Part shown: piece by piece, positions 27,252-35,723 of the stretch
Layout of the letters: the number at the start of each line of letters is the position of its first letter
Numbering within the stretch: position 1 is the first letter of the stretch
DNA from: Mycobacterium sp.
Lineage (GTDB): Bacteria > Actinomycetota > Actinomycetes > Mycobacteriales > Mycobacteriaceae
Reading direction: 5' to 3' (one strand)
Assembly (NCBI GenBank): GCA_032159565.1
Contig: JAVHWR010000038.1
Length of the DNA stretch: 64,000 nucleotides
The notes under the pieces: model-generated
The model's database searches: none
What the model was told of the DNA's origin: nothing
Seen by the model: the letters and a program-made list of their open reading frames with translations, nothing else
Position numbers and translations under genes: made by a program

Positions 27252-28526
27252 TCACGCGGACTTGTCAGGGGCCAACAGTCGTAGCGCCGTCAGCGTGTAG
27301 GTCCTGGCCGCAACGATCAATTCCTCGAGCGCCACTGACTCGTCGGGACGGTGCGCCTGCTCCGCGACCGATCCAGGCCCGAGGACGACCACCGGCACGT
27401 CGAGGTCGCGGGCGACGAACCCGCCGTCACACGCAGCGGTCCAACCGCCGGGCGCCAAGGTGGGCCCTCCCGCATCGGCGACTGCCGCGCCGACGGTGCG
27501 CGCCAGCGGCGACTCCGACGGCGTCTCGAAGGCCGGCATCTCCATCGGCATCGAGACCTCCACGGTCAGGCCGCGGTCGGCCAGACGCAGCGCCTCGATC
27601 CGCGCACGCAGGTCGTCGAGCACAGTCGCGGCCGACTCGCCCGGCAGGATCCGGCGATCGGCGACCACGGCGCATTCGGCAGGCACCACGCTGCCGCTGT
27701 TCCCACCCTTGATCTGGCCGACGCTCCACGTCGCGGGACCCAGCAAGGGGTGGGGACGGTCCGCCAGTTGGGCGTGCATGCGTTCGATCTCGGCCACCAC
27801 GGCGGCCGCGCCGTAGATTGCGTTGGCGCCATCGCCGGGATTGCCTGCGTGACAAGCAGTTCCGTGAACATGCACCCGCAGGTACGAGGCTCCGCGCGCG
27901 CCGACGATGGTCTGCAGGTCGGTGGGCTCGGCGGTGATGCATCCGGCGAACGACGCCTGTACCGAGGACACATAGGCGCGGATACCGGTCCCGTTCTCCT
28001 CTTCATCCACCAGTGCAGCCAGTTCGACGGGACCGCTCAAACCGGCGCCGCGAAGTGCCGCCATCGCCGAAACGCACGCTGCCAAACCACCTTTCATATC
28101 GGCGGCACCACGCCCGTATATGCGGCCGCCCTCGACGGCAGCGCCGAACGGGTCCTTCGTCCAGCCCTCGCCGACGGGAACGACGTCGGTGTGGCCGAGC
28201 AGCAGAAAACCAGGGCCCTCGCCTGGTGGCCCCGCCTGTCCCGCTCCTCGCGTGCGCCCTGCCTGTCCCGCTCCTCGCGTGCGCCCTGCCTGTCCCGCTC
28301 CTCGCGTGCGCAGTGTGACGCGCAGGTTGTTGCGGCCCGGCGTCACCGGCTCCTCATGAACGGCGAGCCCGAGTTCCGCGGCGGCTGCGGCGAGTACGGC
28401 GACCGTGGCCGCCTCCTCCCCGGGCGGGTTCTGCCCGTCGGCCCGCACCAACGACCGGGTCAGCTCGATCAGATGGTGCTCGTCGATCTTGTCCAGCACA
28501 GACCGTTCGGCGGCGGACACGCCCAT
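27252..28526 (-). CDS. M20 family (ArgE/DapE-like) metallo-deacylase
   Basis: GHTDVVP, GRGAADMKGG, VDEEE, AEPT and AHRPDE metal and catalytic motifs; ATG 28526. Confidence 0.92.
   Translation of the reverse strand: MGVSAAERSVLDKIDEHHLIELTRSLVRADGQNPPGEEAATVAVLAAAAAELGLAVHEEPVTPGRNNLRVTLRTRGAGQAGRTRGAGQAGRTRGAGQAGPPGEGPGFLLLGHTDVVPVGEGWTKDPFGAAVEGGRIYGRGAADMKGGLAACVSAMAALRGAGLSGPVELAALVDEEENGTGIRAYVSSVQASFAGCITAEPTDLQTIVGARGASYLRVHVHGTACHAGNPGDGANAIYGAAAVVAEIERMHAQLADRPHPLLGPATWSVGQIKGGNSGSVVPAECAVVADRRILPGESAATVLDDLRARIEALRLADRGLTVEVSMPMEMPAFETPSESPLARTVGAAVADAGGPTLAPGGWTAACDGGFVARDLDVPVVVLGPGSVAEQAHRPDESVALEELIVAARTYTLTALRLLAPDKSA
28234..28310. repeat. In-frame 27-nt tandem repeat (about 2.9 copies) inside the M20 gene
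   Basis: Unit GCCTGTCCCGCTCCTCGCGTGCGCCCT; encodes RTRGAGQAG x3 on the minus strand. Confidence 0.95.
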
Positions 28527-28531
28527 GCCGG

Positions 28532-29731
28532 TCAGCCCTTTGCGAGCAGATCGACGGCGCGGCGCAGCCGGGCGACCCCCTGGTGGATCCGGTCGGGCGG
28601 CGTCGAGGCGAAACACAGCCGCAGCGCATCACCGAACCGGCCGGACGGTGAGAACGCCGAGCCGGGGATGAACGCGACACCTTCGGCAAGGGCAGGCTCG
28701 AAAAGCGCTGCGCTGTCGACATTGTCGAGAGTGACCCAGCAGAAGAAGCCGCCTTGGGGATCAGTCCACCGGGCGCGGTCGCTGAAGTGTTCGCGTAACG
28801 CCGCGTGCATCGCCTCCTTGCGCCGCCGGTATTCGGCGCGCTGGGTCACCAGATGGTGGTCGAGATGTCCGCCGGTGAGAAAGCCCGCGAGCAGGCGTTG
28901 CGCAGGCAGGTTCGTGCACGTGTCCATCGCCTGCTTGGCGTTGATCAGCAGCGGCTGCAGCTCGGGAACGGTGTCGACCCAGCCGACCCGCAGCCCCGGC
29001 GCGACGATCTTCGAGAAGGTGCGGACCGCGAACACCAGCGGGTCGCCACCTCCGAGTTCGCGCAGCGTCGGCAGCGGCTCGCCCGCAAACCGCAACAAAC
29101 CGTAGGGGTCGTCGTCGATCACCATCGACCCCCATTCACGGGCAAGCTCGAGGAGCCGCAGCCGGCGCTCCAACGACAGCGTCACCCCCGAAGGGTTCTG
29201 GAAGGTCGGGATCGTATAGATCGCCTTGGGGGTGCGCCCGGCTTCGCCGACCAGGCGCTCGAGCTCGACGATGTCCATCCCGTCGTCGTCGACCGGGACC
29301 TCCAGCAGTGTCGCCCCGTAGGACAGAGCGGTCGCGCTGCCGTTGGTGTAGGTGGGCGATTCGACGGTGACGAGATCGCCTGGGTCGACGAAGATCTTGC
29401 AGAACAGATCGAGACCCTGCATGCCGCCCGCCGTGATCGTCAGGCGCTCGGCAGTGGTCTCATCGCTGGTTCCGCGCAGCATCTCCAGCAGCGCGGCGTG
29501 CAGCGGCGGATCGCCTTCCGTCGCGGCATAGTCATAGGCGTCGGGGGAACTCAGTTCGACGGCCGCGATGCCGGCCAGGATCTCCGACGGCACGGCCTCG
29601 GCCGCCGGACTGCCCATCGCGAGCCGGACCACGTCGTGCGATTGCTTCTGCAGCAGTGACGTGCTCGAGTCGATGACCGATCCGACCAGCCCGGCGGCGC
29701 GGGCGGCGAACGGAAGTGTGGATGTGGTCAC
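28532..29731 (-). CDS. Class I PLP aminotransferase (2-aminoadipate/MocR-like domain, no HTH)
   Basis: YTIPTFQNPSG, IDDDPY, TFSKIVAPGLRVGW and LRLCFA. Confidence 0.92.
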   Translation of the reverse strand: MTTSTLPFAARAAGLVGSVIDSSTSLLQKQSHDVVRLAMGSPAAEAVPSEILAGIAAVELSSPDAYDYAATEGDPPLHAALLEMLRGTSDETTAERLTITAGGMQGLDLFCKIFVDPGDLVTVESPTYTNGSATALSYGATLLEVPVDDDGMDIVELERLVGEAGRTPKAIYTIPTFQNPSGVTLSLERRLRLLELAREWGSMVIDDDPYGLLRFAGEPLPTLRELGGGDPLVFAVRTFSKIVAPGLRVGWVDTVPELQPLLINAKQAMDTCTNLPAQRLLAGFLTGGHLDHHLVTQRAEYRRRKEAMHAALREHFSDRARWTDPQGGFFCWVTLDNVDSAALFEPALAEGVAFIPGSAFSPSGRFGDALRLCFASTPPDRIHQGVARLRRAVDLLAKG

Positions 29732-29734
29732 GGG

Positions 29735-30907
29735 TTACCTCCAGACCGTGAGTTCCTGTGGCAGACCTGTCAGGCGCTCGGCGCCTGCGTCGGTGACCAC
29801 CACCGGCTCGGACAATTCGTAGCCCCAGTCGTCGTTCCAGATACCGAGAATGACGTGAAACGCCATGCCTGCGACGAGTTCGGTGGTCTCACCTGGGCGC
29901 AGGCTCACGGTTCGCTCACCCCAATCGGGCGGATACCCGATGCCGATCGAATAGCCGATCCGGGACTCCTTCTGCAGCCCATGGGGTTTGATCACCCGGT
30001 CGAACGCCCGATGCACGGCGCTGCCGTCCGCGCCGGGCCGGATGGCCGTCAGCGTGGCTTCCATGGCATCGGCGACCACCTTCGCGGTGTCGGTGAGCCG
30101 GGACGGCGGTTCACCGAGCATCACTGTTCGCGCCAGCGGCGCGTGGTAGCGGCCGAACACTCCGGCCAGCTCGATCGTGGTGGCTTCGCCGAGTTGAAAG
30201 GTGTGTTCGGACCAGGTCAGATGAGGGGTGCCTGCGGCCTTTCCGGTCGGCAGCATCGGAACAACCGCCGGGTAGTCACCGCCGTGCTCGGCTGTGCCGC
30301 AGGCCTGCGCCGCCATGATCTCGGCGACGACATCGCATTGCCGCCTGCCTGGGCGTACCCCCTCGCACGCGGCGCGCATCGCCTTTTCGGCAATCGTGCC
30401 CGCTATACGCAACTGCTGTATCTCGAAGGCGGACTTGACGACTCGTACCCAGTTGACCAACTCGCCTGCGTCGACCAGCCGGTTTGAGTGCAGTCCGTGC
30501 TCCAACGCCTGATACCCGCGTGGAGAGAAGAAGTGCGAGTCGGCTTCGACGCCGACTGCTTCGCCCGCGGGTACGAGCCCGCGTACCTCTTCGGCGATCC
30601 AGTCGAACGGATGCACATCCCGCCGGTGCACCAACTCTTCGGGGTATCCGTGGATGTGGTCATCGTGGAGGTTGGCGGTGAAGCCCGCGCCTGCGGCGTC
30701 CATCGCCCTGGTGAACAGATGCGGCGGGCCGTCGGCGCCGACCAGCAAGCACTGCGGCGTGTAGAACGACCATGCGTTGTAGCCGGTGAGATAGAACAGA
30801 TTCGCCGGATCGCACACGATCAGAGCGGCAAAGTCCTTCTGCGCCATGGCTTCCCGCACACACCCCAACCGGTCGGTGTACTCCACGTTGATCGCACCGT
30901 CCGGCAT
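29735..30907 (-). CDS. Ectoine hydrolase EutD/DoeA-like (M24 pita-bread fold)
   Basis: LTGYNAWSFY, VNWVRVVKS, GGDYPAVVPMLPTG, PHLTW, IELAG, RYHAPLART and GYPPDWGERTVSLRP closely match recalled EutD/DoeA motifs. Alternative start GTG 30913. Confidence 0.85.
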   Translation of the reverse strand: MPDGAINVEYTDRLGCVREAMAQKDFAALIVCDPANLFYLTGYNAWSFYTPQCLLVGADGPPHLFTRAMDAAGAGFTANLHDDHIHGYPEELVHRRDVHPFDWIAEEVRGLVPAGEAVGVEADSHFFSPRGYQALEHGLHSNRLVDAGELVNWVRVVKSAFEIQQLRIAGTIAEKAMRAACEGVRPGRRQCDVVAEIMAAQACGTAEHGGDYPAVVPMLPTGKAAGTPHLTWSEHTFQLGEATTIELAGVFGRYHAPLARTVMLGEPPSRLTDTAKVVADAMEATLTAIRPGADGSAVHRAFDRVIKPHGLQKESRIGYSIGIGYPPDWGERTVSLRPGETTELVAGMAFHVILGIWNDDWGYELSEPVVVTDAGAERLTGLPQELTVWR

Positions 30908-30909
30908 CT

Positions 30910-31632
30910 TCACCGCTCCAGCAGCTGCTGGCCGGGGCCGACCGCCTTGCGCCCGAGGACGCGTAGCGCCGACCACACGGTCACCTGGTTGGCGGTCAGC
31001 ACCGGTTTGCCCAGCTCGCGTTCCAGCGTCGCGATGACGTCATAGGTCGGCAGATTGGTGCAGCTGATGAAGACGGCCTGCGCATCGGCGTTGTCGGTGT
31101 CGCGCACGAGCCCGGCGGTGACGTCGTAGGGCACCGTCCAGATGTCGGAGGTCAATCCCAGTCCTGCGGCGGCGACCACCTCGATCCCGGCTTCGGCCAG
31201 GTAGGCGGTCAGGCCCACGGTCAGCTCGGCGATGTAGGGCGTGACGGTGGCGATGTGGGCGATGTCGAGGTGGTGCAGCGCCTCCAGCAGCGCGCCGCTG
31301 GTTGTCACGGCTGCGGGCGCACCGGCCTCCGTCATGGCGGCCACCAATGCGGCCTGACCCTCGAGGCCGCCGATGAAGCTGCCCGATGTGCACGCATACG
31401 CCATCACCAGCGGCGAGACCGCGCGAACGTCGTCGAACCCCTTGGCGACCAGGGCCGGGTCGGAGATGTGCACAGCCATTTCGAGCGTCGCAGGCATCGG
31501 CGCATACGCCATGCGGGTGATGTGCAGGCTGACGTCGTCGGGCATCCATCGCCAGAGCTCCCTGTCGAGCGCGAAGTCGAACGGTGTGACGACTCCTATC
31601 CCGGCTTGCTCGACCGACGGGGAATGGCCCAT
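30910..31632 (-). CDS. Asp/Glu racemase / maleate isomerase superfamily protein (Cys/Cys, EutA-like)
   Basis: YACTSGSF and ISCTNL both retain Cys; GKPVLTANQ. Confidence 0.88.
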   Translation of the reverse strand: MGHSPSVEQAGIGVVTPFDFALDRELWRWMPDDVSLHITRMAYAPMPATLEMAVHISDPALVAKGFDDVRAVSPLVMAYACTSGSFIGGLEGQAALVAAMTEAGAPAAVTTSGALLEALHHLDIAHIATVTPYIAELTVGLTAYLAEAGIEVVAAAGLGLTSDIWTVPYDVTAGLVRDTDNADAQAVFISCTNLPTYDVIATLERELGKPVLTANQVTVWSALRVLGRKAVGPGQQLLER

Positions 31633-31670
31633 GGCCCCAGTCTGGGGGGACGGTGTGGCGACCGCAAGCC

Positions 31671-31684
31671 GATTGTTGACAATC
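31671..31684. promoter_or_regulatory. Putative GntR/FadR operator, copy 4 (divergent promoter)
   Basis: GATTGTTGACAATC contains TTGACA (31676-81), with TAGCCT at 31700-05 on the plus strand and TACGAT on the minus strand. Confidence 0.8.
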
Positions 31685-31712
31685 GTACGGTTTCGTTCCT
31701 AGCCTCGGACCC

Positions 31713-32750
31713 GTGCCTCGAACACGACCGGTTGTCGCGGTCCTGTGCGAGAAGGCGACCGACCGTCCACCCGGTCTCGACGGCCTCGAGGTGGAGTTCC
31801 GCTACTGCGCGGCCGACGGCTTGGCAGACGCTGTCCACGGGGCGCAGGCACTCTTGCTCTGGGACTTCTTCTCGAAGGCCGTGAGCGACGTCTGGGCCGA
31901 GGCCGACCAGCTCGAGTGGATCCACATCACCGCCGCGGGCGTTGACACCCTTCTGTTCGATGAGCTACGGAACTCCGACGTCGTGGTGACCAACGCGCGC
32001 GGAATATTCGACCGGCCGCTGGCCGAATACGTGCTCGGCGCCGTGATCGCCAACGCCAAGGACAGCTTGACGAGCTTCGACCTGCAGCGCCGCCATGAGT
32101 GGCGGCACCGCGAAACCCGCAGCATCACCGGCGCCACTGCTCTGGTGGTGGGTACTGGCGGCATCGGGCGCGAAATCGCGAAGCTGCTGCGGGCGGCAGG
32201 CATGGTCGTTCGGGGCGCAGGCCGCCGTGCCGTCGCAGACGACCCCGACTTCGGCGAGATCGTCGACAGCGCCGACCTGGCGGCGGAAGCGGGCTGGTGC
32301 GATCACCTGATCCTGGCCGCGCCGCTGACCGCAGCGACGCGTGGCCTCGTCGACGCGCGCGTTCTATCTGCCATGAAGCCCGACGCGCATCTGGTCAACA
32401 TCGCCAGGGGGCCGATGGTCGACGAGGTCGCTTTGCTGGACGCGCTGACACAGGGAAGCATCGGCGGGGCGACCCTCGACGTGTTCGACACCGAACCGCT
32501 GCCTGCCGGTCACCCGTTGTGGGACGCGCCGAATGTGACGGTCACCGCGCACATGTCGGCCGACGCCGTCGGCTGGCGCGAGACCCTCGCCAGCCAGTTC
32601 GCGACGAACGTCCGGCACTGGCTGGCCGGCGAGCCGATGATCAATGTGGTGGACAAGAAGCTCGGGTACGTGTCCGGAGCCGGAGGGCCGGCGACATCAA
32701 GACCCGGAGCCGGAGGGCCGGCGACATCAGGACCCGGAGCCGCGCGATGA
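31713..32750 (+). CDS. D-2-hydroxyacid dehydrogenase family protein
   Basis: TAAGVD, TNARG, VVGTGGIG, VNIARG, DVFDTEP and TAHMS (Arg/Glu/His triad). Confidence 0.93.
   Translation: MPRTRPVVAVLCEKATDRPPGLDGLEVEFRYCAADGLADAVHGAQALLLWDFFSKAVSDVWAEADQLEWIHITAAGVDTLLFDELRNSDVVVTNARGIFDRPLAEYVLGAVIANAKDSLTSFDLQRRHEWRHRETRSITGATALVVGTGGIGREIAKLLRAAGMVVRGAGRRAVADDPDFGEIVDSADLAAEAGWCDHLILAAPLTAATRGLVDARVLSAMKPDAHLVNIARGPMVDEVALLDALTQGSIGGATLDVFDTEPLPAGHPLWDAPNVTVTAHMSADAVGWRETLASQFATNVRHWLAGEPMINVVDKKLGYVSGAGGPATSRPGAGGPATSGPGAAR
32674..32742. repeat. In-frame 30-nt tandem repeat at the dehydrogenase C-terminus
   Basis: CCGGAGCCGGAGGGCCGGCGACATCARGAC x2 plus a partial copy; encodes GAGGPATSRP/GAGGPATSGP. 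Confidence 0.92.
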
Positions 32751-34153
32751 TCGCGTCGGCGACGGAACTGGTCGAGGGCTACCGGAAAAAGACGATCTCG
32801 CCCGTCGAGGCGGCGGAGGCCGCGCTGAAGGCCATCGACACCTACGACGGCCGGGTGAACGCCTTCGTCCTGGTCGATCGCGACGGCGCACTGGCCGCCG
32901 CGAAGGATTCGGAGGAGCGTTGGCAGTCCGGGGAGCCGCTTGGACCCGGCGACGGTGTGCCGACCTCGATCAAGGACGCGTTGTGGACGCGCGGATGGCC
33001 GACGCTGCGCGGCAGCGAACTGATCGATGCGGCGGGACCGTGGGACGAGGATGCGCCGTGTGTGGCGCGGCTGCGCGAGACGGGCGCCGTCATCCTCGGC
33101 AAGACCACGACGCCGGAGTACTCGTGGAAGGGAGTCACCGACTCCCGACGACACGGCGTAACGGGTAACCCGTGGGATCCGGCGATGACGTCAGGTGGAT
33201 CCAGCGGAGGCAGCGCTACGGCGGTGGGGCTTGGCATGGGCCCGTGGTCGGTCGGTACGGACGGCGGCGGGTCGGTTCGCATCCCTGCGGGGTTCACCGG
33301 AACGGTCGCGCTGAAGCCGACATACGGCCTGATTCCGTTTTATCCGCCGAGCCCGTTCGGCACGCTGTCGCACGCCGGGCCGATGACCCGGACCGTGCGG
33401 GACGCCGCCGCTCTGATGGACGTGATCACCGGATTCGACGCGCGCGACTGGGCGGCCATGCCGACGCCGGTGACATCGTTCCTGTCTGGACTCGACGACG
33501 GGGTGGCCGGACTGCGCGTCGGTTACTCATCCGATCTCGGCTTCGTCCGAAACGATCCTGAGGTCGATGTCGCCGTCCGCGCAGCCGTCGACGTCCTGGC
33601 GAGCGCCGGGGCCGAGGTGGAGGAGGTCGACCCGGGGTTCAGCGACCCGGTGGATGCCTTCCACGTCCTGTGGTTCGCCGGCGAGGCCAAGGTGTTGTCG
33701 TCCTACGGGGCCATCGACGACCTCGCCGACCGGATCGATACCGGACTGCACCGCACCGCGCTGATCGGATTGCGCTACTCGGCGTCGGACTATTTGGACG
33801 CCATGGCGGTCCGGATGTCGCTGGGCGGGCTGATGGGGCGGTTCCACCAGCGCTACGACGTGCTCGTGACGCCGACGCTGCCGCTGCCCGCGTTCCCCGT
33901 CGGCATAGATGTGCCGGGTGGGTCGGTGTCGCCGGACTGGACGAGTTGGACGCCGTACACCTACCCCTTCAACCTGACACAGCAGCCCGCGCTCAGCGTG
34001 CCGTGCGGGTTCACCGGCGCCGGATTGCCGATCGGATTGCAGATCGTCGGCGCCCGGCACACCGACGCACTGGTGTTGCGTGTTGGCCAGGCCTACCAGT
34101 CAGCGACCGACTGGCACCAGCGCACACCGGCACTTCTGGCCGAGGAGGTTTGA
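32747..34153 (+). CDS. Amidase signature family enzyme
   Basis: GVPTSIKD, GKTTTPE, GGSSGGS, GTDGGGSVRIPA; ATGA overlap. Confidence 0.94.
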   Translation: MIASATELVEGYRKKTISPVEAAEAALKAIDTYDGRVNAFVLVDRDGALAAAKDSEERWQSGEPLGPGDGVPTSIKDALWTRGWPTLRGSELIDAAGPWDEDAPCVARLRETGAVILGKTTTPEYSWKGVTDSRRHGVTGNPWDPAMTSGGSSGGSATAVGLGMGPWSVGTDGGGSVRIPAGFTGTVALKPTYGLIPFYPPSPFGTLSHAGPMTRTVRDAAALMDVITGFDARDWAAMPTPVTSFLSGLDDGVAGLRVGYSSDLGFVRNDPEVDVAVRAAVDVLASAGAEVEEVDPGFSDPVDAFHVLWFAGEAKVLSSYGAIDDLADRIDTGLHRTALIGLRYSASDYLDAMAVRMSLGGLMGRFHQRYDVLVTPTLPLPAFPVGIDVPGGSVSPDWTSWTPYTYPFNLTQQPALSVPCGFTGAGLPIGLQIVGARHTDALVLRVGQAYQSATDWHQRTPALLAEEV

Positions 34154-34154
34154 G

Positions 34155-34655
34155 ATGAGCAGGTTGATCACGGTGTCGCTGGACAAGCGCGGAGTGAGTT
34201 GCGTTGCCCGGATGCTCGACGACGAGGCACCCCGGACCAGCGCCGCGGTGTGGGACGCGCTTCCGCTGTCGGCGCCGGTGTTTCACGGCAAGTACGCCAG
34301 AAACGAGATCTACACGCTGCTGCCTGCGTTCGCGGCCGCCGACCCCGGGAAGGAGAACACCACGATCACGCCGATTCCGGGCGACCTGTGCTGGTTCTCG
34401 TTCGACTCCGATGTCCTCGGCAATCCGGCGTACGGCTACGAAAACACCACCGGCACAGGGACAACCGGTGCCATCGTCGACCTTGCGTTGTTTTACGGGC
34501 GGAACAACCTATTGATCAACGGGGACCAGGGCTGGGTGCCTGGCAATGTCTTCGGCGCGGTGGTCGAGGGACTCGACGAGATGGCTGAGGCGTGCCAGGA
34601 CCTGTGGATGGGCGGCGCACGCGGCGAGACACTGAGCTTTCAGCGCCGCGACTGA
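34155..34655 (+). CDS. DUF3830-like (cyclophilin-like fold) protein
   Basis: 166 aa; APRTSAAVWDALP, HGKYARNEIY, ENTTITPIPGDL and LFYGRNN. Family recognised from memory. Confidence 0.78.
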   Translation: MSRLITVSLDKRGVSCVARMLDDEAPRTSAAVWDALPLSAPVFHGKYARNEIYTLLPAFAAADPGKENTTITPIPGDLCWFSFDSDVLGNPAYGYENTTGTGTTGAIVDLALFYGRNNLLINGDQGWVPGNVFGAVVEGLDEMAEACQDLWMGGARGETLSFQRRD

Positions 34656-34713
34656 CGGCGGGGGCCACGTGCTGCTTCCGGCTATGACCTGCTTACCCGC
34701 CTCTTCGTCGCCG

Positions 34714-34775
34714 CGCGAGCGTGCGCAATTGCACGAAATGTGACGGCGAGTCGCGTGCAGACACGCCCGCTCGCG
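34714..34775. repeat. 62-nt palindromic (REP-like) element, copy 3
   Basis: CGCGAGCGTGCG...CACGCCCGCTCGCG; lies between convergent genes. Confidence 0.8.
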
Positions 34776-34815
34776 GTGCGAGGTTACAGCGGGTTTTCGG
34801 GGGCGGGGGAAATCC

Positions 34816-35715
34816 CTAGCGCTTGATCGCGCTCAGGTAGCTCATTTCGGTGAAGAAGCCGATGGCTCCGTCCTCGGGAAACTCGAAACCGTTGTCGGCA
34901 TATGCATCCGCCATCTTTCGCGCCGACACATCCCAGCCGTGACCCTTGAGGTACTCGATGACGTCATTGCGTTTCTCGTGATAGATGAGGTCGCCCATCT
35001 CGAAGTCGTGGCCGTACTGCTTCAGCCGATCCGAGATCAGCTGCGACCGCTCGTCGGAGAACATGCTGACATCGGGGATGTGCTCGGTGGCCAGCCGACT
35101 GCCCGGCGCACTGAGCTCGTCGATCCTGTCGAACAACAGGTCCTGGGCCTCCGACGGAAGATAGATGAGCAGGCCCTCGGCAATCCATGCGGTGGGCTGC
35201 GACGGGTCGAAGCCGTTGTCCCGCAATGCTTTCGGCCAGTCGTCGCGAAGGTCGATCGCGACGGTGCGTCGGTCGGCCGTTGGCTGCGCGCCGAGGTCGG
35301 CGAGCGTCGTGGACTTGAAGTCGATCACCTCCGGTTGATCGACCTCGAACACTGTCGTTTCGTCCGGCCACGGCAATCGATAGGCCCGAGCGTCCAAGCC
35401 CGCCGCCAGAATCACCGCCTGACGTACCCCTGCAGCCGCCGCATCGGTGAACAACCTGTCGAAATGGCGGGTGCGGACCGCCATGCCCTCTGCGGCGCGC
35501 TGAATGTTGAATCGCGGATCGATGTCCTCCAGCGTGATCTCGCCGTCAAGCGCCTTAGTGAAGACGTCCAGGCCGACCGCACGCACTAACGGCTCGGCGT
35601 ACGGATCGTCGATCAACCCCTCGCGATCGGCCAGCACGCGCTGCGCGGCCACCATCGTGGCGGTGGCGCCGACGCTGGACGCGAGATCCCACGAGTCGTT
35701 GTCGGTGCGGGCCAT
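34816..35715 (-). CDS. SAM-dependent methyltransferase, mycobacterial LCM-like family (Rv0726c/Rv0731c type), copy 1
   Basis: [50 protein letters not shown] and EGLLIY. Confidence 0.93.
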   Translation of the reverse strand: MARTDNDSWDLASSVGATATMVAAQRVLADREGLIDDPYAEPLVRAVGLDVFTKALDGEITLEDIDPRFNIQRAAEGMAVRTRHFDRLFTDAAAAGVRQAVILAAGLDARAYRLPWPDETTVFEVDQPEVIDFKSTTLADLGAQPTADRRTVAIDLRDDWPKALRDNGFDPSQPTAWIAEGLLIYLPSEAQDLLFDRIDELSAPGSRLATEHIPDVSMFSDERSQLISDRLKQYGHDFEMGDLIYHEKRNDVIEYLKGHGWDVSARKMADAYADNGFEFPEDGAIGFFTEMSYLSAIKR

Positions 35716-35723
35716 CATGCTCC

